From the human T2T-CHM13v2.0 reference genome, Homo sapiens, in NCBI RefSeq assembly GCF_009914755.1, contig NC_060945.1: 64,000 nt of DNA; one strand, 5' to 3'. Of this stretch, positions 41,215 through 57,713 are shown one piece after another. Each line of letters opens with the position of its first letter. Position 1 is the stretch's first letter. A program made the translations under genes and the position numbers. The notes beneath the pieces were generated by a model. It worked only from the letters and a program-made list of their open reading frames with translations. It was not told where the DNA came from and searched no databases.

Positions 41215-41639
41215 CCCCATCCATTTCCCCTCATGAAAGATAAAGCTAAGTATGTGAGCTCCTGCGCCTCAGTTCCTTCCTCTGTGAAATGGGAAAGATT
41301 ATATCACCACTTCCCATCCTGGGAAAGGATGAGAAGAGATACAGCCTCTACATGCACAGCACTGGGCACACAGTGCAGAAATAAGAGCTCATTGTCTCTG
41401 GGAGGACTGTTTCTAAGTAGGGTGTTTTCTAATGCATTTAAGTTCATTAAAAGCCAAGGTGTGCAACGACACTCCCCTCACCTGTGCTTTCTCGTCCTTC
41501 TGCCACCAGGTGCCAGGGGAGCCAAGAAGAGCAAAACCAAGGAGGCATTGTTTCCTCCAGAGCCTCATTCATCAACTCGCTCTGAACAGTTAGCACGCTC
41601 AGACAGTCATCTTCTGCACCTTGCCTTTCCCTGTGTCTT

Positions 41640-41960
41640 GACTGAGGGCTTATCTGAGAGCCTTTTGTTCAGGCTCATAATTATTCAGTGACTCAGGAGC
41701 CCACAAGCATTACCCACGGAGCCAGACAAGACCAGCAAGCTCTGAGGACCACCTGTTCCAAGTCATTTCCTGTGTGGGCGGCAACTTCACAGGGCTGAAA
41801 ATACGAGTTACGGTAAAAATGTCTTCAACCCTGGCGCGCTGGATTGTTGAAACTCGATGGAATCTTGCTTGATTATGTTCAGGCCAGACACATTTCATTA
41901 TCATTCTTTGCATATATATTAAAAACTCTAACCCCTTTACAAACAAATGTTCTCAAGGGG
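41640..41960. promoter_or_regulatory. Candidate enhancer (AP-1/GATA/ETS/SOX/FOX motifs)
   Basis: CTTATCT 41649, TTTTGTT 41663, TGACTCA 41689, ATTTCCTG 41765, ACAAACA 41939, locally retained CpGs, unique sequence. Confidence 0.45.
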
Positions 41961-42938
41961 CAGACAGCACACCCTTGCCTCATGACATTGCTCTAATAGA
42001 GAAAACACCCCAGTGTTTCACCCATTAGGTCAGATCCACGAACACAGAGTGCAGTTGGGAAGGATGTGGGCAGTAATGAAGGTGGTGCTTTTTGCTCCTG
42101 TGGGTGCTATGGACAGGTGAGGGTTCAAGGATATTAACAACAAATTTTAAGCCATACCTTACACTACATTGGAGCTTAATCAAATTCTCTGTTCACAGTA
42201 TGCCTAAATTGGCCAATGGAACGGAAAAAAAAAAAAAAAGCAACCCACCCCCAAGAGTTATTTATGTCATGTAGACAAAACCTGGGTTCGTTGACTGATT
42301 ATTTCCACTCTCTAGTGATGGTCGTTGCATTTTCACTCTGAGTTGAATTGCTGCATTTTTCCATAAATATATCTGCTCCTCTGGAAGAAGCTTTGTTGCT
42401 TAGCCTTATTGCCCTTCACGTCTGCCTTTCTGACCTCATAGACTGTCAAGTTCTTAGTTGGTGACTAAAGTATAAAAGTAATTTCTTTCTCTCTTTTTTA
42501 AAATTATTAAAGCCACACATGCTCACTACAGAAAAGTTAGAATGTAGATATGTGTGAAGAAAAGAAAAATTAGCCATTAGGCCCACAATCTAGGGAAAAC
42601 TCATTTTGGGCATTTGGATGGCTTTAATATGCATTCACTATTAAATGATGAATATGATATTATACATAGTATACTAATATATTATGATGATGGATCAGTG
42701 CTGATGTGTTTTAACATAAATGTATATGTTAGTAATGCTGCTGTTTTATCTTAACAGTTTTTCAAACTTGCATTGTTTTGCCCTTCAGCTAAAAGGGTAG
42801 GGAATTTGCTAGGGATATAAATTCATTAATCATAAAAATTATGTCATAACAGCCTGCACAGAAATCACAATAGGATGCAGGACATAGATTAGACTAGAGT
42901 TGAGATTCTTGCCCCAACCACAACTGTTCAGGCTTTGA

Positions 42939-43254
<316 letters not shown>

Positions 43255-43439
43255 AGAAAACAAATCATTTTTAAGCACTGATTCTAAGTCAGCATTGCCC
43301 GGTTAAGCTCTTACATTTTCACCAGAAATCAACCCCCGAGACTTAGCAAGTTTGAGTGACCTGTTCCCAGTGGTGCTGTTCTGACGTGTCTGATGTCAGA
43401 TCAGAAGCTCAGGCCTTCCAACCCAACGCATAAACTTTC

Positions 43440-43545
43440 TTTTGGTATAAGTATGTTCTTTGTATTGCTTATACTAAAATAATTATTTGTTGTTCATCTG
43501 AAATTCAAAGTGCATGGAGGTCCTGTATGTTATCTGGAATCTCAG
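43440..43545. mobile_element. MER53-like hAT fragment
   Basis: TATAAGTATGT...CTTATACTAAAATAATTATTTGTTGTTCATCTGAAATTCAAA. Confidence 0.7.
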
Positions 43546-44045
43546 TGGAATGAACTAGGGGTTTTATAATCAGCATTTGTCCCTACTGCTGAGGCTGTGG
43601 CATGTGAGCTGTTAAGTATTTTGACCGTATCCTTCTGCAAACACTGGACCATTTTGTCTTTCATGCAGCCGACTTATTTATGATCAAGGAGAACGGTATA
43701 GGGAAATAGACCCAAGTTCATATTACAGGAAGATTGTGTGACGTTACAGAAAGAAACATAACCACCTGGTTAAAACCTTAGCTGTGTGATCTTGTACTAG
43801 TTACTCAACCTCGCTGAGGCTGGGATTATGCAAAATGGGGCCAAGCACACCTGCTTCTCAGAGTTTTGGCCATAATGAATGAGGTAATGCATACTATCCC
43901 ATAACGGGCTCTCAGCTGCAAAGGGAACTGTCTTATCTACACTTATAATTTAGTCAAGTCAACTAAAATGCTGACTGCTCCAGTCCCATACCTACCTCCC
44001 ATACACCCCAGTGACTGAAGTCAAAGCCAGCATCACACACACCAA

Positions 44046-44342
44046 TTTTTTTTTTTTTTTTTGACGGAATCTCACTCTGTTGCCCAGGCTGGAGTGCAGT
44101 GGCGCGATCTTGGCTCACCGCAACCTCCGCCTCCTGGGTTCCAGCAATTCTCCTGCCTCAGCCTTCTGAGTAGCTAGGATTACAGGTGCCTGCTGCCACA
44201 CCCATCTAATTTTTGTATTTTTAGTAGAGACGGGGTTTCACCATGTTGGCCAGGCTGGTCTTGAACTCCTGACCTCAAGTGATCTGCCAGCCTCGGCCTC
44301 CCAAAGTGCTGGGATTACAGGCGTCAGCCACCGCTCCTGGCC
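44046..44342 (-). mobile_element. AluS
   Basis: Poly-T followed by a full reverse Alu. Confidence 0.97.
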
Positions 44343-45502
44343 ACAGGAGGCTCATCCCTGATGGCCTCACTCAGGGATGAGCCTTGGACTTTGACTGGCC
44401 CCAATAATTCACAGAGTCATGCCTTCATTTATTAAAAAATCCCTGGGGAATATACTGTCTTAGGATCTGGGGACATGAAATGTATTGTGCCTGGCCTCAT
44501 GCTGCTTATGGTCTAGCAGGGTAGATGGGCATTAAGCAAATGCTTGTGAAGATAAGGATTTTAGCACAAGCTGAAATTAGTGTTATGAAGGCAAAGTACA
44601 GAGTGGTATGGGAAAGTAATGCAGGAGGAGGTGAGGTAGAACTGTGCTTTGTCATCCACACGAGCCCCGATTCCTCCTGTTCCCAACCAGGCGAACATGC
44701 TGTTCATGCAACGCCAACCAAAATTAATGGGGAAAGGGAGTCTGGGGATATAAAAAGTGAGATAAAGGGGCTACTTATTTTTTTTTTACTGTTGTTTCTG
44801 CTTGTTTATATAAAAAGATCCTTTCAACATTTACAGAGCTTTAAAGTATGATGTGAAAAATAAGTACTTTGTACTTATTATGGTGCCTTTCATCTGAGTT
44901 GCTCATAAGCCCTGCAGACATTGCCTCATCCATTTTCAGAAGACTCCTCAAAGGAAGGTAAGAAGAGACTCTTGCCCCCACTTCACAGATGCAAAGACTG
45001 AGGCATGAGGAGGTAACAGGGGCTAGGAGAGTAGTGTTGGATCAGGGGCTGAGGTGCCTGGATCCTAGGTCTGGCTTTGCCATTCAATAACTGTGTGACT
45101 TTGGGTGTGTCCCTCTGGGTTCTTATTAGGAATTTGGAATAGATGATTCCCAATGTCTCATACAGTTTGAAGGATCTGTGATGGTGTCAGGGAAAATGGG
45201 TAAGTGTCACAGTGCTAATTCCTGGGACATAATTCAAGTCTTCACTCATGACTTCAGCTTCAGAATAACATTTCTGCAAGAAGGCCATCCAGAAAGATGG
45301 AGACAATAACTGACTCCTGGAGTTGGAAGGACCCTTGGATGGCTCCGTGTGGCTTAAAATGCCTAAATACCAGAATTGTTGAATGCTTGCTCATGACACA
45401 GGTTCTTGGAACCCAACCCAGTCTGTCTATCCAAATTTATAGGCCAGAGGCCTGAGGAACAATTAATGAAATCATCAAGTCTGGAAAGCACATAGTCCAA
45501 AT

Positions 45503-45676
45503 CAGTGGTCTCAAGCTGGGCTGCACACTGGAATCACCAGGGAGCTTTGAAAAATGGAGATGCCAGGATCCCACTTTGGATATTTTGATTTAGATGGTCG
45601 CAGGTATGTCCTGGGTATCTGGAGATTTTAAAATCGTCCTGGGGATTCTAAGGGCAGCCAAGGCTGAAAACCACAG
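45503..45676. mobile_element. MER5A (hAT-Charlie)
   Basis: CAGTGGTCTCAAG...GAATCACCAGGGAGCTT...GATTCTAAGGGCAGCCAAGGCTGAAAACCAC. Confidence 0.85.
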
Positions 45677-45939
45677 ACCTAGATCAAGCTCTCTTGTGAT
45701 GCTGATGAAATGAATGGGCTTGATGAAGCTAATCTCACCCATGAGAAACCATGGGCAGAGCCACTGCTGACTTGGGGGGCAAGGCAGAGCTGGATGCCCC
45801 CCTTCTGACTCTACCTCCCACTCTGTCCACTACATTATGTGGACTCCCATAATGCCTGAGTGTAAGAGTTTTCTTTTTAATATGCAGAAAAAATTTAAAT
45901 TATATTAGGTAAAAAAAAAAATATTAAAAAAATTTAAAT

Positions 45940-47030
<1,091 letters not shown>

Positions 47031-47098
47031 TGTATGAGTGGCTAGGTTTACATTGACAACAAAAACCTAGGCTTGGGGTCCTCTACTGGTTTTGCCTA

Positions 47099-47219
47099 TG
47101 GTGACCAACTAATTATCTGGGTTTTCCCAGGACTGGGGGGTTTTCTGGGATGTGGGACTTAATATCCCTGAGACAATCCTGAGACAATCCTGAGAAAACT
47201 GGGATGGTTGATTGCCCTG
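47099..47219. mobile_element. MER94-like hAT-Blackjack MITE with an internal 11-bp tandem repeat
   Basis: GGTGACCAAC...CCCAGGACTG...GGATGGTTGATTGCCCT; CCTGAGACAAT repeated about 2.5 times. Confidence 0.7.
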
Positions 47220-47392
47220 ATCTTGCCACTGAGTCACTAGCAGTGTGACTTTGGACAAGGCTTTTCATCTGTTTGTGAAATACAGCACTTTCCTAAAATA
47301 ATGAATTTGAAATGGCTGTGGCTGGAAAATTGGCCCCCACTCTTATATTAACAATGTTTCCATTGGGTGTTGGGATTTGGGGCATTATAAAA

Positions 47393-47398
47393 TTTATT
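47393..47398 (-). terminator. Candidate distal polyadenylation signal AATAAA
   Basis: Minus strand reads ATTTAAAAATAAATTTTATAATGC, near the edge of the repeat-free block. Confidence 0.4.
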
Positions 47399-47763
47399 TT
47401 TAAATATTTTTTTAGAAGGTGTACTCATAATTTTCATAATATAAAAAACAATAAAGTCATCTCTATTAAAAATACTCCTATGGGTCAATTGAGTTCTATT
47501 TTCAGTACTAAGATTATGGTAAGGACTATAAAAAGTGTTTCCATAGGATGTCAACCACAAATATTTACTACAGCATACGAGTGGAAACCTAGAGATTCTT
47601 GCAAGAACAAAAGGCACCAGGGACAATTTTCCCCTCAAACTGCCACAATATCTTATGTGAAAAATGACAAATAAATGAACAGAAATTTACTCTCCTGTTT
47701 TGCAGAAATTACAACAATCCTCATATATAGATTCAATGCAGATTAGATTTAAATCTAAAATGG

Positions 47764-47769
47764 TTTATT
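47764..47769 (-). terminator. Candidate polyadenylation signal AATAAA
   Basis: Minus strand reads GGGTACAAATAAACCATTTT, with U/GU-rich sequence (GATTGTTGTAATTTCTG) downstream. Confidence 0.45.
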
Positions 47770-50700
47770 TGTACCCAAAGTTAAGAAGGATGCAACAAAT
47801 TATGAACACATTTTCCAAGTGAGTAAATTTTGTTTGAAAACGCCAACCTTGAAAGTTTCTCTATTGATCACTTTTGCATTGCTCTTTAGGTTAAATAGTG
47901 ATAGCTGCCTTTCAGAGAGCCTTATGATGACGGAATTAGTTTACAAAGGGAAGAGTCTGACAGACAAAGGTTTTACTCAGTCTAGAGGGCTCTCTGGAGG
48001 AAGGTTTCTGGCAAAGGCTTAGATTTGTGTTGAGCCTAAAATTTGCATGGTTTGATTATAGATGACAATAGGCAAAAATTTGCCATATGTTCTATGATAT
48101 CAACCATGGCCCCAAAAGTGACTAGGAATAAAACATACTCTTCTTAGAAACGTCAGAATTGCACATTTTGGGAGGCTTGCAATGCAAGGCTAATTCTGAT
48201 GCCCCTAACGCATTCAAAGTCCTGACTTCTTGTAGAACAGGTGTCACTGCCAATTTTTCACTTGTCCTGTAGCAGCTACAGAAATTGGAGGTGTCTTCAA
48301 AAGGCAAGACAATCTACAGGCTTTGCCCTGCAGGGTCCTGGCCACCATCCCTCCAGCAGAATCCAGGCCAGCCCCCTGAACAATTCACCTCAACGCCGGA
48401 TACATTTTTTACTGCTACAACTTTTGAAATTTCCTCCCTAACTTCTTTCTTTGTGCTCTGTTCTCCAAGTCAGGAAAAGGCAGACAGTGCTGAAATGGTC
48501 AACAGTTCTGCCTTTGAAAGGCACTTTGCTTCCTTCTGTGTCTGGAAATTACACCTGGATCTCAAAGCATCATGTGTTGTTTTTGATAAGAAAGTCTGAT
48601 GAGAGTGAGTCCATGGTTTGATTCACATGCTACAATTGCTGACAAGTTTCCACATGAATATTTCAATTTAGTGATACTACTAAGCAGTATATTTTTCTTA
48701 TTTAATTTCATGTCCCCAAATAAATCTTAGGAAAGTAGAAAATGTTTGCAAAATTTTCCTCCACACATTTAGAGTCCCTCCATGCTGGCAGGGTGCCCAG
48801 ACTGCTGCAGAGTTAGAGCCCAGGCTGGGCTGCTGGAAACGCAACTATGGGACGGCTAAGGTGCAAGTCTAGACCTTTCCTGTCTAAAAGGCACTTTCCG
48901 CCCAGAAAGATGAAAATACAAATTGCAATTCCAGATACAGACAATTAAAAGCACTGTGTGTAGTTTCTCTGGATGCTCTAAAAAATTATGTGTGAATGCA
49001 AATGTCTCTCCCTTAAACATTGCTATACAATGATAATGGTTTGGGAATAGAGTGCCTATGTATATATTGAAAGCTTTGAACTTACTTTACTATACCAAAC
49101 TAGTTTGTCAAAATATAACTGTGTCAAAAAGTTATAAAGATGAACCAACCTTTCACTCCCCTTCAAACTAAAATATTAAAATTGATCAAACCCTGACCTC
49201 AGTTAAGGGCTTGGTTCTGCCACTAGCTGGATAACAGGAGACAAAGGATGTCAGGGTCACTCTTCTAACAGTTTGTGTGTTTATGTGCATTTTAAAAAAT
49301 TATGTTCTTGTTTTTCTTTCTCGCCAGCACCCCCCTTTTTTTTTGTAAAGCAACTGATTAAGTAAAGAAAAATCATCTATCTGGTTAGGGAAAACTGGTA
49401 GAATCTGAATGTCACTCACTTCTCAGATGGCAAGGATTTGTACAAAACCTTCATATAACAATTGTAAATTGTCACTGCTGTGTAAGACCGTCAAAAAGTG
49501 AGTGAGGGCTCAGAGACACAGAGGGACTTCTAGCTCGGCTGTATCGCTTTCTTGTTCTGGGACCATGGGCATTATAAGATTTTGAAAACGGTTTCTTCAT
49601 GGGAATAATACTTGTATTTATCTGAGATAATTGTTGACAAATATAAACTAGTAAAGTCACAAAAAATGCTTATGAAGGAATCCGGAATATACTAACTTCC
49701 CACTTTTATTCATGGTCAGTGTCATCGTCATCATTCTCTTCCTCCCAGGCTAGTTAACAGAAGGGTAAAAACATTTTGACCTACAAACATAAAATAGTCA
49801 TATCATCCTCCAAAGTAACACAGTTAATACACTATTTCAGAAGCACCATTTTAGACACTTTTTGCCCAGAGAAAATCTTAAAGAACCCTATTGATTTGTT
49901 GTTTCACATTTTCCAGTATTCAGAGAAAATCTGTTTAGACTCCCTTGAGGACTACTGTCCACTCAGTAGAACCCATCCTTAATATCTTTCTCCCTTTCCC
50001 ATCATAATGGTGACTATGGAGTGATCTTCAGAAACCTTAGCACAAATGCAACCCCAGAGATGTCTTCAGAACAAACTAAAACCCACTGTAACATACCTGG
50101 AGGAAAAAATGCCACTGGAATCAACTTTCTGTTAATAAAGTAAGTTTTTCCCCAAATATTCAAAGTGTGTAATACCTGTAAACACTTTCTCCAAAGCCAC
50201 TTTCAACCCACAAATAATATTTTTATGATTAATCATAGAGAGAGAGGGCAAATATATGCAGAACTATGTCACACTCCCTCAACCGAACTTTCTGGTCATT
50301 TCCCCCGTTAGGGTTGGGAGAGGAGGGGTGGTGCAGGGGATGGAGAGAGAAGGTCCTTTGTCTGGAACTTTTCATTACTGAGGGGTTTTACCAAAGAAGC
50401 AATTCTTTTCACACGCTATGTCTCACCTTGAGTTCTTATCCGCTGGGGACATAGTTGATCAATGATGTAATTCTACAATTATTTAAGGATAGTGATTCTT
50501 TTATTCTCACAAAGGGTTTGCTGAAAATTAAAAGAAGCCTGCAGTCATTTATTTTAATCTCCCAAGATTGTTTATTGTTCCTACAAGTCAGGACAGCCTC
50601 ATCTTTGGAAAACACATTCCAGGAGAAAAGCTGATAAAATGATCGCATTGTTAGATGGGTGGGGTTTTGCAAGGTAGAATCCGTTGATGGTCTTTTAAAG

Positions 50701-52291
50701 CAGCACTTTATATTTTATCTTATGGTATTTCTGAAGTGCATGGATGGTCATTTGGTGCAAATGATAACTGTTCATTTACCTTTAGAGACTTTGTAATCAT
50801 TGAGAAGACAATAAATGTATATAAATTATAAACTTCAATAATAAGTTCTTGAAAATGTTCATTTCCTGTGCCATTTCCTTCCTATGCATTGCCATACAGC
50901 TCTTTGTATGTATAAATGAGGAAGAAGATATGCACTTAAGATGATTTCTTTGAATATTATAAGCCTCCCCGCTTCCAATACAATTAATCACCTTCCCATG
51001 TGTGATGGAAACTGCAAAATACTTTTTTTCCTTGTGTTATAAAAATATCCCTTGATTGTCAACTTTTAGTTTTTAAGTGCTTTGATCTACTTTGAATGTG
51101 AAGAGTGCAGGGTCCCCAAACTAAGTGGGTGGCCTCCACCCTATGGTGTGAGAAAAAGCTGTGAATTTTCCCCCTTATTTTTTATGTCCATGAGTTTCTT
51201 ATTTAGAGGAAAATTTAATACACAATTGGTACCTTTGCAGTTAGCTCACCCAAATGTTATTTGTTTAAGAGGTATTTGATGTCCAACATACCGAGTGATT
51301 TTTTTTTTTTACAAGACTTATTTAAGCTCTTTTCCTAGGAAAAAGATGTTGCCTTTCTGCCAAGGGCATATTATCTTCAAAAACTGGCATTTTTAGCCTT
51401 TTTTCCGCAACTTGAATTTTCCACATCTTAAATTGTCTCAGGTCTGTGAACTGTAGATTGGGAGAATTAGAAAAGATCTTCCTTCCTAGTAGCTGACATT
51501 CCTTGCTTAGGAAACTTTACACAGTCTCCCTCATTTGATGGAAAAAGCAATCATTAAGCATTAATGGGAGAACAGCAAAATCTTCAAAATCTGACTCATT
51601 TTAGATAAACACTTTCTAGCTTTCAAATCTATTCTAAGCCACTATAATGCTCACCATGTTTAAAATGGAAAGAAATACTTTCCGAGGTAAATACCCAATG
51701 AACCGAAATAAATAGAAATCCAGTTATGATGAAAAATATTAAAGGAAAAAGACTAAATGAACTTTCAAACCCTCTAAAGAGAGAGTAGTTCACCTGTTAT
51801 AACACGTGTAAGGAGGTGAATAAATTGTGTCAACTAATTTCCCAAATACAAGATCAACTCTCATATCTATAGGGGAGATAACTAATTGAACCATGACCCC
51901 AGCAATAAAATTCAGCACATCTCTGAAGATGAATATTAACGTGGTTTGGGAGAGAATGTGCTTGAGATATTAATGTTTTTAAGAACCAAGTTGTGGTTTC
52001 TTAGGCTAAAATTGCATGGCTACATTTGCTGTGCCAAGAATAGAGTTTCATACTCTCCGAAAACAGCATGACTCCAGTGAGATGTTTGGTCGGGGATCCC
52101 AATCGTGTAAGATACTGTGCAATTATGTCTATTTCCTTCCTGTCCCTAAATTCTACCAATTCCAAGTGCCTTTGGAACAGTGTGATCAGCACTTAGATAA
52201 AGGTAGTAAGGGCCCACCAGTCCTTGGATGTTCTCCTGGGCTTCATGAAAGAAAAGTCTGCAGCAGGTAAAGACTGGGGTCAATGGCTCCC

Positions 52292-52375
52292 TCAGTCCAA
52301 ACTGGACAGCCTTGGGAGGAGGCCACTCATGAAAATTTGGCTACAGAGATATGTTAGCCGTCTTTGTAACCAGTA
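52292..52375 (-). CDS. Possible short coding part of the terminal exon (frame unknown)
   Basis: The three frames after the acceptor give YWLQRRLTYLCSQIFMSGLLPRLSSLD* (stop 52292), xTGYKDG* (stop 52354) or xLVTKTANISL* (stop 52341); the exon may also be wholly untranslated. Confidence 0.3.
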   Translation of the reverse strand, partial: YWLQRRLTYLCSQIFMSGLLPRLSSLD

Positions 52376-53094
52376 CTTTAAAAATAAAATACAATAAAAT
52401 AAAAAGATTCTTCAAGAGTACTCATGCAGGCCTCAGTGTTAATGTCTGCTCTTGGACTTGAAAACATTCTTGCCCCCTCCATAAACATTCTTTCCCACTG
52501 CTGAAAGCTGTTGAATGCTTGTCAGGCTTATTCAAAATTTGATGACCTTAATGGAAACCCCCAAAGATGACAACAGATAAAGAATAAAACCAGGACATAT
52601 CACTTGTAAACACAGTCAATGCATCCATTTCTTGTTTTTCAATTAATCATCTCTTGAGCTAAGAGCTTAGAAATTCCATTCAGATTTAGACATTCTTTTA
52701 AGAGTATGCGTCTGATTTCCAAATTACCAGCCCGATAGTTCTGACTAATGGAAAATAATGCACTACTTTGCTTCAGGCAAAGTCAAGTATTTGATTTTCA
52801 TAGAACCAACTTTCGATTAACTATTCTGTGGCTGTGTTTATCTACCATGACCTTTAGCTGATCTGTTCCAAACTGGTCAGGAAGAAAGAAGTGGTCTTAG
52901 AGGAAGCAAAGTCTGTTGGAAGTAACTCTGAACTGGAGTGTCAAGAAATCTTTCATTTCTTCTGTTCATGATTTTTGATAATTTATCTTCCCTGTGTCTT
53001 ATTTTCTCATTCTGTAAAAAGAAGGAAATTTAAAAAATGGCATCTTACAGGGATCAAAGATGCTAGGAAAGATGAAAAAGGAGTAAAAATGTCA

Positions 53095-53640
53095 TTCCTG
53101 ATGGACCTCAAGGGCATTATGCTTAGTGAAAAAAAAGTAAATGGCAAAAGATTTTGTGCTGTTTGATTCCATTTATATAACATTCTTAAAAGAACAAAAT
53201 TATAGAGATGGAGAACAAGTTGGTGGTTGCCAGGGTTGATGATGCTGCGGTATGAATGTAAGAAGGTGACCTGAGGGGGTCACAGAGTGACCTCTGTAGT
53301 AACAGAGCAGTTCTGCCTCTTAGTTGCACTGGTAGTTACCCAAATCAATACACTAGATAAAGTTGCATAGAATTTCACGCACACACACATGCACACATAC
53401 AAACATACAAGTATTAACCACATGTAAAAAATGGTGAAAATTAAACAAGATCTGCAGTACAGTTAAGAGTCAAACAATTGATGTTCTAACAACATCAGTT
53501 TCTTGGTCTTGATATTGTACTGTGGTTATACAAAATGTTATCATTAGGGGAAGCTGGGTGAAGGGTACACTGGACTCTGTGTATTATTTTTGTAACTTTC
53601 TGGGAATCTATAGTTATTTCAAAATAAAACTTTAAAAATG
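53095..53640 (+). mobile_element. L1MC/L1MD-like 3' end
   Basis: GGACCTCAAGGGCATTATGCTTAGTGAAAA...GATTCCATTTATATAACATTCTT...GGGGAAGCTGGGTGAAGGGTACAC...TATTTCAAAATAAAA. Confidence 0.88.
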
Positions 53641-54089
53641 TTATTATGTACCTGACCTTAGGATTCTTCTTAACCAATCTCATGTTCCCTGTGTGTATGA
53701 TTACAATAAAAATAAAAGTAGAAGTATTTTTTTCGAAAAAGAGAAAGTGGTGAGAGAGTGGCAAATGTTACATGGAGTGGGATGAGTCACAGGAAAACCA
53801 TGAAACACAGTTCTCTTCTTGTAACTTAACTTTGCATAAAAGTGAATACAATGATTCCTTGTTTAACACCACTCTGAACTTAAAAGCAAAATTCTTAGGA
53901 AGAGCCTTTTGAAATCTAAGACTTTTGTAAGTTGAGATGCCATGGAACATTTGTTCCATGGGCTGCCTCACAAAAACAAAGAATTTGTAGTAAACTAAGT
54001 TTGAAAATGTTAAACATAATTTTTTTCCCTGGCTCTCTTTTCAAAATGATATTTTAAAAAAACACATACCTTTGAAAAACAGACTCCAG

Positions 54090-56330
<2,241 letters not shown>

Positions 56331-56379
56331 AGCATAGTGATTGTAAACTGTGTTCTTAGGGACTGACAATAATACTAGC

Positions 56380-56610
56380 CATTAATTTGTTGAAGTAATA
56401 CTGTCTGCTAACTACTTAACATGAAGTAACTCATTTAATCCTCAGAGTATTCATACCCAGCAAAGACTGTTATTATCCTCACTTTAAACATGAGGAAACA
56501 TAGGCACAGAGAGGTTAAATAACTGTCCCAGGATTACCCAGCAGGTCTGGAGCACAGCTGGAGTTTGAAACCATGTGTTTAACTTTGAGTGTGATATTCT
56601 AACCACCATG
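56380..56610 (-). mobile_element. MIR SINE
   Basis: CTCATTTAATCCTCA...TTATTATCCTCACTTTAAACATGAGGAAACATAGGCACAGAGAGGTTAAATAACT. Confidence 0.85.
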
Positions 56611-57320
56611 TTGTACTCGATGACCCTGCCTCTCCTGTGGTAGCACAAAGAAAGATCTAGACTTGTCTGCCATGAAAGAAAATAGATTGTTTCCGACTTC
56701 AGGCATTTCCTTCAGATTAGATAATTAAGCCACCAACATATTTAAACTTAAAAAAAAAACATATCGAGAGAAGCTTGGTTGCCACGTATATTAAAAGCCT
56801 TAAGAAATTTCATTCTTGGACGGAGCATTTGCACATTTCTGAAGGCATCCCAAGAACAAAATAAGCATAGAAAAATAAATAGATAAACAGAGATGCTCAT
56901 TGCAGGCTTATCTGTGACAGTGAAAAGATCAAACGGTGTGAATGTATCATTAATGATGGCACATTTAGTGAAATAATATGTGGCTAGTAAAAGGGTATTA
57001 TAAGTAAAAGCAATATATATATATATACACACACACACATATATAAAATAAAAAGTTATATTAAGTGGAGGGGAAAGTAAACAAGAGAGCATATGCCAGA
57101 ATTATCACAAACTGGTACAATTCCCAATTCCTATGTATTCTTGACAAAAATCCTCAGAGGAGAAAAAGAACTATGCAAAATATTATACATTCTTGAAGGA
57201 AATACACTGAAATATTAGAACTGTAGCATGTATATTTGGGTTGCAGGATCAGAAATGCATTTGCACCTCTTTTTGTATTTCCCAGTTCTCCTTGGGGCTC
57301 GCATTAGGATTAACATGTAA

Positions 57321-57713
<393 letters not shown>

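Larger units (their letters stand above)
47370..52375 (-). other. Putative 3'-terminal exon / long 3'UTR of an unidentified minus-strand gene
   Basis: Acceptor TCTTTTTATTTTATTGTATTTTATTTTTAAAG|TACTGG (AG at 52377-52376); about 5 kb with no recognisable repeat; minus-strand AATAAA at 47769-47764 and 47398-47393; several conserved-family miRNA seed matches on the minus strand. Confidence 0.6.

Noticed and set aside
41233-41691. 152-aa ORF
   Set aside because: Starts in MIR-derived sequence (SVPSSVKWE) and has no recognisable protein features.
41895-41916. SOX2-OCT4 composite motif
   Set aside because: Mismatches in both half-sites.
44930-45210. Strong donors AAG|GTAAGA and TGG|GTAAGT
   Set aside because: They sit among MIR remnants with no convincing exon partner.
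47280-50710. Plus-strand 3'UTR suggested by four GCACTTT (miR-17 family) matches
   Set aside because: No plus-strand acceptor or upstream coding exon found; two matches overlap the minus-strand miR-124 sites; the acceptor and poly(A) signals favour the minus strand. Not fully excluded.
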